A stretch of DNA of 64,000 bases, from the NCBI GenBank assembly GCA_036785375.1, contig JAWMAR010000023.1:5022001-5086000 (forward strand). Reading direction: 5' to 3'. This DNA is from Leucoraja ocellata. Its lineage: Eukaryota. The notes under the pieces were generated by a model. The model had not been told where the DNA came from, searched no databases, and worked only from the letters and a program-made list of their open reading frames with translations. The number at the start of each line of letters is the position of its first letter. Position 1 is the stretch's first letter. A program made the translations under genes and the position numbers. Below, piece after piece: positions 51,560 through 63,368 of the stretch.

Positions 51560-52320
51560 GATAGACACATAATGCTGGAGTAACTCAGCGGGAAAGGCAA
51601 CATCTCTGGAGAGAAGGAATGGGTGATGTTTCGGGTCGAGACACTTCTTCAGACTGATGCCGGGGAGTGGGTGATACAGAGATAAAACGTAGTCGGAGAC
51701 AGTAAGACTGGTGAGAGAACTGGGGAGGGGATGGAGAGAGAGGGAAAGCAAGGGCTACTTGAAGTTAGAGAAGTCAATGTTCATACTGCTGGGGTATGAG
51801 CTGCCCAAGCGAAATTTGTGGTGCTGTTTCACCAATTTGCGCTGGCCCTCTCTCTGACAATGGAGGCGACCCAGGACAGAAAGGTCAACGTGGGAATGGG
51901 AGGGGGAGTTAAAATATTGAGCAACCGGGAGATCAGGTAGGTTTTGGCAGACTGGGTAGAAGTCTTCAGCGAAACGATCGCTGAGCCTGCGCTTGGTCTC
52001 GCCGATATATAGGAGTCCACACCTGGAACAGCGGATACAGTAGATGAGGTTGGAGGAGGTGCAAGTGAACCTCGGCTTCACCTGAAAAGACTGTTGGGGC
52101 CCTTGGACGTAGTGGGGGGGGGGGGGAGGTAAAGGGACATGTGTTGCATCTCCTGTGTTTGCAGGGGATGGTATCTGGGGAGGGGGTGGTTTGGGTGGGA
52201 AGGGACGAATTTACCAGGATGTTGCGGAGGGAATGGTCTATACGGAAAGGGGTAGAGATGGGAAGATGTGGCTTGTGGGGGGGGGGGGGGGGGGGGATCC
52301 TGTTGGAGGTGGCGAATAAA
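51560..52320 (-). mobile_element. Neptune-type Penelope-like element 3' fragment (Zn-finger linker, GIY-YIG endonuclease, UTR, hammerhead, tail)
   Basis: PCKHRRCNTC, then FTCTSSNLIYCIRCSRCGLLYIGETKRRLSDRFAE..PVAQYFN..FRLGS..MNIDFS; hammerhead variant at 51625-51652. Confidence 0.93.
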
Positions 52321-53527
52321 AAAAAATCTAGATGGTCACCTTCACTGTAACCCATCTGTATTGTGTTGCTCTACATCTTGAATATGTCGAGAACTGAATT
52401 TGAGTTGTTTTAGTCCTAAGAAACAATTTTTTTAAAAGGTCTACTTAACAATGTTCTCGTTACACTTCCAAATGAATATCTGTGAGAGTTTACTATTATC
52501 ATTGACTTTTAGTCGTAAATTCTAAAATATTCCTCTTTCTACTATTTTTAAGACTTTCAGATTTTGTTTCTTAAGGTTTATAGTTTTGAGTTTCTGGTTG
52601 TGTGCAACCTTTGGAGATGATCCCTTTCATGATAAGATCTTGGTTTCAACACCGTGTACATATTCAATTTGCGCATCTAAACTGGAGCAACAAAGGGGGC
52701 ACAACAATCATGATCGACTTTTCCAAATCGGGAACAAAATATAATTTCTGGTTACCTTGTTGGCTTGGACATGAAGATGGGATTTTGAGAGGCTGTGCAA
52801 ATATTGAAAATCTTACTTGTACCGGTTTAACAGGCCTGTAAACACAATACACATAGATAATATAAACAAAACATTGATAATATAAACAAAAAATCGATTT
52901 ATTAATAATCCCAATACCACTGGCCTTCATTAAGGAGTTGGAAAAAAGGGTGATGCCTGAGAAATTGGATCTCAGCAAGAAGAGTGTTATAATGGCAATG
53001 GATTAAAGTCCATCCGGCTCGATGTAAAGCATCCTTATGACCCCATCCCTTTGTATCTCACTCTATGAATGCAAGAAGGTAATCTCAATTGTGAAAAGTT
53101 TGTTTTCAATGAATAACAAATAGCTAGTGGGACAAGATTCTAAACCCTATGCATATTCTCAAACAAGTCTGGCTCAGAAAATATTAAAATGTATTCAGTG
53201 CTGTGATCCTGAGCTGGAAAAAATGATTCTTTTTGCATAAAGCTATAAAATGGAATGCACTTTTGTTGTTTTAATCACCCTACAAGGAATTGCCCACAGA
53301 ACAATAGCATTATTGTTACATAAGCAAACACAGCAAACAATTCATCCACATCAAGGTGTCATAAACATAGAATGGTTGCTTGGTTGAGAAAGAAATATCG
53401 CTGTACAGAAAGTGCTTTTATATCTTTTTGCACAGACAAATAAACATGGCAATTGTTCACAGTTTATTAAAAATACAGTATCCTTAAGTATTTACTTTTT
53501 GGCCAAGAACATGACGTACTCTCATGG

Positions 53528-53690
53528 TAATAAAAACAGAAAATGCTGAAACTGCTCAGCATGTCAGTCCACATCAACGGAGGTTCACATCAGTCCACAC
53601 TAGTCCTCTTCCCACAAATGTGGCCTGACCTCCTGAGTATTTCCAGCATTTTCTGTTTTATTTCAGTCTTTCAGCATCTGCAGTTTTTTT
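53528..53690. mobile_element. Older PLE-tail inverted repeat
   Basis: aataaaaacagaaaatgctg ... cagcattttctgttttatt with a decayed centre. Confidence 0.7.
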
Positions 53691-54481
53691 TTTTAATGAT
53701 TTCCAATGACTTTCATTTTCCCTTTTTTTCCATTTGTCAGAAAGGACCAAAGATTTCCAAGCAATATGCGATGTGTCTATTGAATGGTGAGACAGACAAA
53801 GGAATTTCTTACTATTTATAGTGTGACAAATCCTATGAAATGTTTTTGCCATTTTTTCCGCGACCTCTCTTTCTGAGTCTGCAGCAACTATCAGTGGTTA
53901 AAATAAATAATACAAACATCTTCCACTGTTTAGAATTGGACGGAAACAGGTTATCCCAGGCCCTGCGGAACTATCTAAAAATAAGTGGAGGATTTTAATT
54001 AAATATTGTATACTCTTTGTTAAAAAGTAATGCGCTTGGATGGTTGTCACTAATTGCTCTTATGTTGTTGGTCAATAATTGGTAGATCAAAACTGGAATG
54101 TGTTTGCAGTGTCGGTTTAGTGTAGTGCTCGGGCGAGAGTTTAAACAACAATAATCGATATTTCTCTTTACTGTCTTTATTGATGATAATTTAAATATTG
54201 AAGATTAAATATTGACTACATTCAGTCATTTTGTCCCCCTCAATATTTCCCCCCCTCCCATTTCTTGTTTCCTATCATCCTCCTTCCCTTTCTTCAAAGC
54301 ACCAGTGCAATCTAGCTGGCTGTCAGCCTCCCTCAGCTGAATATTGATTTGAACTTGAAAATCTTCATTGACCTGCAGTCAGTTGATACCACACATCCAA
54401 ATTGGTCATGGGGCAGGGACTGTAATCAGAACTGAATTACCCCAATCATACTCTATCTCCAGTTTGCGATATGTATAAAAT

Positions 54482-54583
54482 GTATAGTTGAAGAAGGGTC
54501 TCGACCCGAAATGTCACCCATTCCTTCTCTCCAGAGATGCTGCCTGTCCCACTGAGTTAATCCAGCATTTTGTGTCTACCGTC
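54482..54583 (+). mobile_element. 102-bp PLE 3' end with 12-bp TSD
   Basis: tgaagaagggtctcgacccgaaatgtc plus tail; tatgtataaaat at 54470-54481 and 54584-54595. Confidence 0.9.
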
Positions 54584-54643
54584 TATGTATAAAATTGGTA
54601 CACTATCAATATCTTTTATTACAGAGTTGTGCAATTATGAAAT

Positions 54644-54868
54644 GGTGGTGAATCAGTAGAATTTTTTGCCGCAGAAAGCTCTGGAGTCCTCGTCCATGGA
54701 TATTTTTAAGGCAGAGATAGATAAATTCTTGATTAGCACGGGTGTCAGGCGTAATGGGGAGAAGGCAAAAGAGTGGATTTAGGTGGGAGAGATAGATCAG
54801 CCATGATCGAATGGCAGAGTGGACCTGATGGGCCGAATGGCCTAATTCTACTCCAATTACTTATGACC
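54644..54868 (+). mobile_element. CR1 3' end with 9-bp TSD
   Basis: gtggtgaatc..gggccgaatggcctaattct; ttatgaaat at 54635-54643 and 54869-54877. Confidence 0.85.
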
Positions 54869-55759
54869 TTATGAAATTGTTTCAGAGTGAGAGTATTGAG
54901 CATGTTATTTTGAAGAAGGAAAGAAGGGGAGGGAATCCACATTTACTAAAGATTGAGGACACGGACTTTCCAAGAAAAGGATTTGTAGTATGTTGGTTCA
55001 GGCTGATGAATTAATGGGAAATTTGGAAGCTTAAGGTAGATGGATCAAAGTCTGCTCCTACTGTAACCAAAACATTGTTATAGAAGTGTGGATGAGTAGT
55101 TATGACAACGTTGATGACATGCATACAGTTAGAAGTAAAGTGATTGGACACCTTGGTCTTTTTTCAACTCCTGCGCTCAGCAGTCAGGACTGTTTTTTGA
55201 AATGGCGAGTGGAAATCTAATATATTATTGCAGTTAAAATCATCTGCATAAATCCTCCTAGCCAGCTGGTTAATGATTTTTATTTTTAACAGGCTCGGCT
55301 GAGAATAATTTGGAGGGTTTTATTAGCAGGCTGCTACACATAACTGAAAAACCAATTAGTGAACTTACAAATAAACTGGGTTCCCCTGGAGGATGCTGGA
55401 ATTTAAGACTGACTTTAGCTTCTGGATATGTATCTGAACCACTGAAGATTGCTACTTAGGCTGGCCTGTGCACCACTACCATGCTTAGTTATTGCTAATT
55501 GTCAAAGACTGCAAACAGTTATTTGCATAACTTCCAATCCCCACTTTTATTCCTTTTGTAATATAAACAGAGCAGTTAGAAATAAAGAGCGTTTTAAGTT
55601 GCAGAGAACAAAGGGGATTTCAGGAGAGGGTGAATGACACAAGCAGAGGTGATGCTGGATGAGTTTGGGTGCTGAAGCCTTATTCATCTCAGTTAATCTG
55701 TTTGCAAATAGAAAGAGTCAAATAAGAGCAGAACATCTAAATTTGTGATGTATAAAACA

Positions 55760-56900
55760 CTGCAGCTGATGGAAACGTAAAGTGAAAGAGGATGTTGGAA
55801 AATACTTAGCAGATCAGGTCAGAGTGAGAAAAACACAGTAAATGATACAGAGTAAATGAAACGTAAAAGGCCAAAGATTGGAGCGTAAATAGGATGGAGA
55901 AATAAATGGACAAGCTTGGAGATCACAAGACTGAATGGAGGCAGATCGGTTTCCCAGTCTGCATTTGGCTTCTCCATGTTACAGGAAAACCCTCAGTACT
56001 GAGCACACTCCTTGAAACTGGAAGTGTAGGAGAATCTGGATCCCTTGATAGTGGGAATGGAGAAGATGAAAGGGCAATTGTTGCATCTCTCGTGGTTGCA
56101 TGGGAAGGTACAGTTAGAACATAGACAAAAGTGCTGGAGAAACTCAGCGGGTGCAGCAGCATCTATGGAGTGAAGGAAATAGGCAACGTTTCGGGCCAAA
56201 ACCCTTCTTCAGACAAGGTACAGTTAGAAGTGGATTGAGGGTGAGGGGGAGAGTGAACCAGGAAGTTGTCAAGGGACTGTGCATTTTGCATTTTGCAAGG
56301 GGAGGAAAGAGGAGTCTGATGGTGGCAGCTCTTGAAGTTGGTGTAAACTACAGAATGTGATCTGCTAAGTGCAAAGGCTGGTAGATGAGCGGGTGAGAGC
56401 AAAAGTATATGAAATAGAACAGCCACGGTTGAGAGCCTGTCACTGAGGGGAGATGGGAAACGGCAGTGACGGAAAATGGAAAGCATCTTGTAAATGCTGA
56501 AGTTGAAGGGTTCATAACCTGAAAAAAGAAGAGGAACTGGGAGAATCAAATGTAGTTGTTACGGCAGGATTGTGTGAGGTATCCGTGGTCAAGTTAACTG
56601 TGGAGTCTGTGGCTTGGAATGGATGTTGGTCGCTATCCCTATCTCCTGTGATGGTGATCCAGCACTCAAGGCAGGAGTAAATAGAAGTCCGAGATGTACT
56701 GTTTGAAATTAAGAGCAGGATGGAAGTTAGCAGCAAAAATAAAATTCAGTTTGTATTTCAGGTTTCCAGCTTTCGTGTTATTTTTACATTGCATGATTTC
56801 ATGTGGGCAGCCAGGATCAAATATCGATTTCAGAAGAGGGGTTTCACAGGTCAAGGGCTAATTGCAGCAGGTTTTGTTGATGTAATTTAGTCCCCATTTC
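55760..56900 (-). mobile_element. Old Neptune-type PLE remnant
   Basis: SLDNFLVHS..CTFPCNHERCNNCPF linker and finger, homologous to 51966..52355; decayed RT region upstream. Confidence 0.7.
56120..56214 (-). mobile_element. 95-bp PLE 3' end with 15-bp TSD
   Basis: Hammerhead ctgaagaagggttttggcccgaaacgtt (56212-56185); aaggtacagttagaa at 56105-56119 and 56215-56229. Confidence 0.92.
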
Positions 56901-56949
56901 GAATGTTTCCATTTTCGCTTTTGACATTACTATTTGTCACATGTGGTTC

Positions 56950-57050
56950 ATCTGTAGCTCAGTTGGTAACAGTCATTGGCGAATCAAACAATGTGGCTTC
57001 AAGTTCCATTTAAGAGAAATTTAAGCTGACACTCCAATACAGTGCAGAGG
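56950..57050 (+). mobile_element. Decayed tRNA-derived SINE head (DeuSINE-like)
   Basis: A-box-like gtagctcagttgg (56954), B-box-like ggcttcaagttcc (56995), then gctgacactcc. Confidence 0.5.
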
Positions 57051-57550
57051 TTTACTCGTGATAAATGTAGAATAGAGAGATATTTCTAGCCAACCTGATT
57101 ATCCTTCGTAGGTGTTGCAAGAAAGTGAATATTAACCTATTATTTTGTTTCTCTATATGCTTCCCAGAGCTTTAAAACCAGATGCCTCTGCATCCAACCC
57201 AATTGATTTAACACAGCAGTAGTTGAACTTGTTAACCACTGGCTTGTTAACTACTATTCTTCTATAACTTGACATAAATTAAACCAATGGCTAAAATAAC
57301 ACAAGTAAAACAACATTTTGCATTGAAATAACGTGATCCTGAGGATTAGCTGTTGGACTGTCAAGAACAGTCCATAAAAAGGCCTTCATGTTCTGTTATC
57401 TCGTGGCCACATCTGAAGCAAAGTAGTGAGAACTGAGAGCCTCAGAACAGCTATTCCAGAACATCGATACAGGTTTTGCTGTTGGTAAATGCTCCATTGT
57501 CCCTTCTTTACATTGGGATTGCAAAAGAAGTTGAAGGCAAAAGTTTGTTG

Positions 57551-57682
57551 AGGGAAAGAACTGCAGATGCTGGTTTAAATCGAAGGTAGACACAAAAATT
57601 CTCGTGTAACTCCACTGGGTCTGGCAGCATCTCTGCAGAGAAGGAATGGGTGACGTTTTGGGTCGAGACCCTTCTTCAGACA
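57551..57682 (-). mobile_element. PLE 3' end with mutated hammerhead and tail extension
   Basis: Reverse strand reads gtctgaagaagggtctcgacccaaaacgtcacc...ttcgatttaaaccagcatctgcagttc. Confidence 0.88.
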
Positions 57683-60059
57683 CTTGTATTTGTTTATCCA
57701 TTCAAGTAACTGGTGAATTGCTAAGGTGTATTGTTGAACCTGTATGATTGGCTTTGTGCGGATGTATGTGATGGGTATTTTATTTAGTTAGCATTACTGT
57801 TTGAGCTTTAACAAAAACAAATTAACGATCAAATCATTGTTGGAGAGGTATACAATGAACTTTTCAGAGATTTAAAAAAAAAATCACCCGTCCATTGCTT
57901 CAGATTTGAAAGCTTCTACTGAATCTATTGCCATCAACCATGATGATACGTAATCACACTGCTTTCAAAGTAATACGTTGAGGAAACATGAAAATATGTC
58001 ACATTGACATGGTTTCTTTCCCGACCATTGTTAAAATACTCACTCTTGCTGAGGTTCAATCCTTGAGACCATCTGCCCTTTGGTATGTTGTTGAAATGGC
58101 AATTGTTAATGTGAGCACAGGGAAAATCATTTTTTTTAAGATAGTCTCAAAGTATAATCTTGAAAAATTTTCAATTTTTTTTTTTTTTTTTTTAAATTTG
58201 CTGCCTCTCACATGGCGATCTATGTCACTTGGACCTTTTCTTTAACCTCCTTTAACTCGGTTGTTGTTTTCCAGATTTCTGGTCTTTACGCCTCCGATCC
58301 CGGCGTTTTGCATGTTTTGAATATGTGTTGTTCCACTATTGATAGTTATTGCTTCAGATGCATTGGGGCTAAGGTCTGAAATTCTCTCCATAAACTCAGA
58401 CCCTTTTCCCCTCCTTTTCAAAATGAACTACTGTGATTGAGCTTTTCCCTTGATTGACATGGTCAAACTTTGGTTTTCAAAGTTCCCACAAAGCACCTCG
58501 AGATGTTTTTACTAAGTTTACTAAAGGTGCTCTTTCAAGCAACTTCTTGGCTTTAGGTGATGCCATATTAGATTTTTAAATTGTGAAATAAACATTGAGT
58601 AGACAGGAATTTTCCAATGACTTGATTTTACCTTGTCACAACTGAAGTACAAATAATCGAGAGATTTGACCTTAGGTTATTCTTGCTTCTGCTCTTACTG
58701 TTGTCCAGCTCTTCCTGAGAGCTATCGAGCTGTGTTATCTGCTGATTTACAGTCTGCTAAATTGTGTACTCAGAAGGTTGGCACCTATCCCCATTTCAGT
58801 TTTTGTTAAAACGAGTATATCTATATACTTGTTCACATTGAGGAACCGATCATTATTTGTATAAACTACTTGTGTCAAGCAGCTCCTAGCTGTGCACTGT
58901 GGGAATCTTTGTTTATGCAGTTTACTAATCATTCCATGCAAGTTTCAAGAGTTTCAAATAAAAAAAATTGTTAACTGGTAACATTTCCTTTTAGCTATTT
59001 AAATATTTTAATGTGTAAATACTTTTAGAACATTGCAGAGCAGATTCAGGATTTTTAGTGGGTTGCATTGGGTACCAAGACCATGGGGGGGGGGGGGGGG
59101 GGAGGGGGGAAGGGGAGGTGTTTGCATTTTTTGTTTTCTTGAGTTTGCGTTTAGTTAATTGACTTGCGTATCGAGGTGCAGTGAAAAGCTTTTGCTGCAT
59201 GCTGACCAGTCAATGGAAAGACAATGCATAATTACAAACGAGCCATCCACAGTGTACAGATACATGATGAAGGGAATAGCGTGAATGACTGGGAAGTTCT
59301 TGACACTTGCTCACTTGTACAAAGCCTTGGTTTATATTTTTGGGTTCCAGTGCTTGCTTGTTTTGTATATTGAACATATCTGTTCAAGAAGTCCACATTT
59401 AAACTAGTTGCATGTATGTACTTCAGCCCAGCAAGATATGTTTGGATAGCAATCAATGCAATGGAATTAGTTTAAACTTTTGCAGAGAAAAAATCAATTG
59501 AATTGTTGAATATATATATTTGATCCAGATGAATGTTTGCAGTTGGTGGTGTTTTACACACATCTGAGAATCAGTTTATATGATAATGATTAAGTAACAA
59601 AACAACTTGCAACTTTTACAAAAAATGTAACATTTGCTACAAAAATGAATATACTGTTTTTGATTTTATTATGTTTTCATTAAAAGAAATAACAATGTAG
59701 TCAGTGATAATGATCAGATGAGTTTTTCAAGTATTAATAGATTTCAGAAGATCAAATCACAGCTACATTTATTTTTACACATGCCTGTTGTTTGTAATTT
59801 CCAATTGGTAATTTAAAAAGCCTTTAAACCTGTGTGTTAAAGTGCTCCGTGTCTAATAAAGCATGAAATAGACTTCCACTGTAGGTACCTTCTAGTTAAA
59901 AATTGATTCTTAATTGCTATAGGGATTGTGGGAAATAGTACACAACTAAAAATTTAAGTTTGAAACAATGCAATTATTTTTCAGTTGGAGTATCCATGAT
60001 TCATTGATTAAGGCATTTCCATCATTTGTTAATTGTTATCAGAAAACACCCTCTATTTA

Positions 60060-60341
60060 TCTTTGCAGCACCGGAAATTGGAGGAACAGCACCTCATATT
60101 CCGTTTGGGGAGTCTGCATCCTGGGGGCATGAACATCGAATTCTCCCAATTTTGTTAGTCCTTGCTGTCTCCTCCCCTTCCTCAGTCCCCCTGCTGTCTC
60201 CTCCCATCCTTTCTTGTCCCCGCCCACCCCCGCCCCCTAAAGCCATCAGTCTGAAGAAGGGTTTCGGCCCGAAACGTTGCCTATTTCCTTCGCTCCATAG
60301 ATGCTGCTGCACCCGCTGAGTTTCTCCAGCTTTTTTGTGTA
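60060..60341 (+). mobile_element. 5'-truncated PLE (GIY-YIG C-terminus, UTR, hammerhead, tail) with 12-bp TSD
   Basis: 60066-60158 encodes QHRKLEEQHLIFRLGSLHPGGMNIEFSQFC*; hammerhead at 60251-60278; accctctattta at 60048-60059 and 60342-60353. Confidence 0.93.
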
Positions 60342-60609
60342 ACCCTCTATTTACTGATGGATGCAGAATTGATTGATGGTGCCTTTGAGACCATTATTTT
60401 TTAAAAGTGTGATAAATAAATTTAATTTACATAGCCAGGAGGGTGCCTTTGTGAATCCCTCAGAAGTTGAAGCCTTTTAATGCAACGTCATCCTCATAAA
60501 TTTCACATGACTTTAGGTTCTCCTTTCAGATTGTCAATGGAGTTTAAGAAACAATGATGAAAAAGTGTAATAACGAGGAAACAATGATATCCAAATGGCT
60601 ACCCGGTTA

Positions 60610-60800
60610 AAACACTTTTTGTGGTGGAGGAATTCAGGAGGAGAGGCAGCATCTGTGGAGGGAATGGACAGACAACATTTGCCGTCAGCGCTCTTCCTCT
60701 GACTGCTCCATTCCTTTTACAAATGCTGTCGGACCCGTTGAGCCCCTCCAGTTCTTCGTTTTGCTCAGGTTTCCAGCATCCGCAATTCCTTGTTTCTCCC
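60610..60800. mobile_element. Older PLE-tail inverted pair
   Basis: ggcagcatctgtggagggaatgga ... tccattccttttacaaatgctg ... ccagcatccgca. Confidence 0.65.
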
Positions 60801-60977
60801 TTTAATGCAGATGATCTTGTTATGTAGGTGCAACTGAATCTTGAGTGCTTTAGTTTTTTTTTTTGGCTCGTTGTTCATGTTGGGTTCGGTATAATTTAAC
60901 AGATTGTTTCAAGGGATCTCGATGGATCATAGGATTTCCAGGAGGTTGGTGTGAAAGATTGAATGCTTTAATTTATA

Positions 60978-61159
60978 AGAAAGGACTGCAGATGCTGGAA
61001 AAATCGAAGGTAGACAAAAATGCTGGTGAAACTCAGCGGGTGAGGCAGCATCTATGGAGCGAAGGAATAGGTGACGTTTCGGGACGAAACGTCACCTATT
61101 CCTTCGCTCCATAGATGCTGCCTCACCCGCTGAGTTTCTCCAGCATTTTTGTCTACCTT
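60978..61159. mobile_element. PLE-tail palindrome (core 61007-61159; 75-bp arms, 1 mismatch, GGA loop)
   Basis: Direct comparison of the two arms. Confidence 0.96.
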
Positions 61160-61299
61160 ATGGTTTTTTTATAGTGCTTTCTATATTCCAGGCACTCTAT
61201 ACTTTCTTTTCCAGCATAACCACAGCTGGAATGTAGGATACCTGTATCTTGCACACAGCAAGCGCCAACTAATAGCCTTTTACGTGGGTAGATGAATCC

Positions 61300-61680
61300 A
61301 ACTCGATCGCTCCCCTGTAAAAAATTATTGTCCACCACAAACAAAATCTAACGTTTTCAAAATTTACCATCAGCAGGTGATGACAAACTGGCAGCGTTCA
61401 CAAGTTTTGTACGTCAAAGAAGCCTCGTCATTTTGCTGCAGAGTATTTCAGCGGTGGTTTGCAACAAAGCTGTCCATAAGCAAGCACATAACCAGACATG
61501 CCTCAACCAGGAGAATCACTGGTAACAATAAAACCAATCTGCTTTAACTTTTCAAGAAAACCCTATTCCAACATGTAATCACAGAATGTTGATCGTATAC
61601 TTCAGGAAGCCTATTTTTTTTAATATGGCTGATGTCATCCGAGGAGCATCTCCGGTTATGGCAATTGGCCTCAATTTTTT
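61300..61680 (-). pseudogene. Possible ancient non-LTR RT fossil (R2/NeSL-like)
   Basis: Ordered motifs across frameshifts: RPIAI (61671-61657), QIGF (61541-61530), FFDV (61421-61410) and VCHHLL (61388-61371). Confidence 0.4.
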
Positions 61681-61938
61681 TTTAAACTTGGAGAAGAATA
61701 TACTGGTGTAATCTGGTATTATATCTGCCAAGAATGAACATTTTTAAGAATGGACAAAATTGGCAGAGGAAAAAAAAAAATCTAATATTGTACTGGCATT
61801 ACTACTTGTAAACCATGAAAATAATCCAGTGGCTGGTGAGCTAAATGTTCTTTGTTGTTCCATAGTTTAATTGTAACATACTGCTCAGATAATAATAGCT
61901 GTTACTTTTTTGAATTAACAGAGCTCCAAAAATAAACG

Positions 61939-62125
61939 AAGGCAGACAAAAATGCTGGAGAAACTCAGCGGGTGAGGCAGCACCTATGGAGCGAACAGGC
62001 GACGTTTCGGGTCGAGACCCTTCTTCAGACTGATGTGAGGGTAGGGGAGGGGCAGGATGAAGAAAGGCAGAGGGAGAGACAGTGTGGGAGAGCTGGGAAG
62101 GGCAGGGGAAAGAGGGAGAATAACT
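61939..62125 (-). mobile_element. PLE 3' end with intact hammerhead motif (62028-62001)
   Basis: Reverse strand reads catcagtCTGAAGAagggtctcgacccGAAAcgtcgcc plus tail. Confidence 0.9.
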
Positions 62126-63274
62126 GAGGAGCTGAGGAGCCAAATTAACATATTTAGTTCTTATTTTCGCTCTTATACTGGTTAAATTCACATGATCTAA
62201 TGAGTATACTTGCATTACTCTTCCCTATTCCTAAAAGAGAACTTTATCCAAGTGACATGAGTTCCAATGACCTATCTTGACTATAAAATGACCCCCAAGT
62301 TTTCTTTACTTGGTCTTTGTGGGTCTAGCACCTCATAGGCTTTGCAATTAGAGAGTTCCTGCAACATTCAGTGCTCCTAATTGAGCCGTTTTTCATAGGG
62401 GCTAACCCCGTGGTAATCTGCACCAGTAATAATTTGATCTTTGATATCTTTCCACAAAGATGTTCTCAAATTTTAACATTTTCAAATCCTTTTGTGGGCT
62501 TGCATCTCCTATATTCCTCACAGTTGGCCTTTCTAACCTCAAATCTCCTTCATTTCTGGCCTGTTGTGGTAATCCTTGATTTTAATTGTGCCAACACTGG
62601 CAGTTGTATCTTCAGGTGTCCAATTTTAAATTCCAGAGTTACCTCTATTGTTCTCTGTACCTCTTTATTGCATCAACGCATAACTTGCAGGTGATGGTTA
62701 CAGTGGTAATTTAAAGCAGAGACATGCACCCAAATGGGGAACTTCTGTTGCAATGTTATTGCAAATGATTTGAATATATTGCATGATCCCATTATGATAG
62801 ACACCCACTGCCTGTTCATCATAATTTAATCTAATTGAGAAACTCCCTGGGATGTTCCACACACTTTGATAGATTTGCTGATGGGGCTGCTCTAACACAA
62901 TATGTAATCTGGACAAGATAGGTAATCCTTTTGAATATCCATTGAAGATGGGGATCCCAGTGGAAGGTTGTCCATTGAGGATTCCTCAACATTTCCTTTG
63001 GGGACTTGGGAAATGTATCCCCAGGCACTTATGCAACAGAATTCCAGGAAGTCTGGTTCTCTGCCATCTATAATTTCTATGGCCTGAGGTATATACCTGT
63101 ACAAAATTTGCGAGGTTGCAGTACCTCTTCTGTATCTGAAGGATCTGCATCCTAATTTTTGGATGCTTTCAGTTCTTCATCTGTGATCTTTAGGGAACCG
63201 GGGTATAGATGGCGTGGGTTTGTTGTGCCTTTTGATAATCTTCTCTTGGATTTGTTCAAGATAGCCATTCAGAT

Positions 63275-63368
63275 CTATTTGTGTGTTATGTATGGCTGCA
63301 GAAACGGCATTTCGTTTGGACCTCCAGGGGTCCAAATGACAAATAAATTGATTCTGATTCTGATTCTG
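63275..63368 (+). mobile_element. Short LINE 3' end (Rex1/L2-like) with (gattct)n tail
   Basis: Hairpin tttggacc-tccagg-ggtccaaa, aatgacaaataaa and microsatellite tail; attcagat at 63267-63274 and 63369-63376. Confidence 0.6.

Noticed and set aside
61244-61316. Apparent minus-strand exon (ttttttacag|GGGAGC...GATACAG|gtatcc)
   Set aside because: Splice-like ends, but no recognisable protein and no partner exons; it adjoins the putative RT fossil. Cannot be excluded without RNA-seq.
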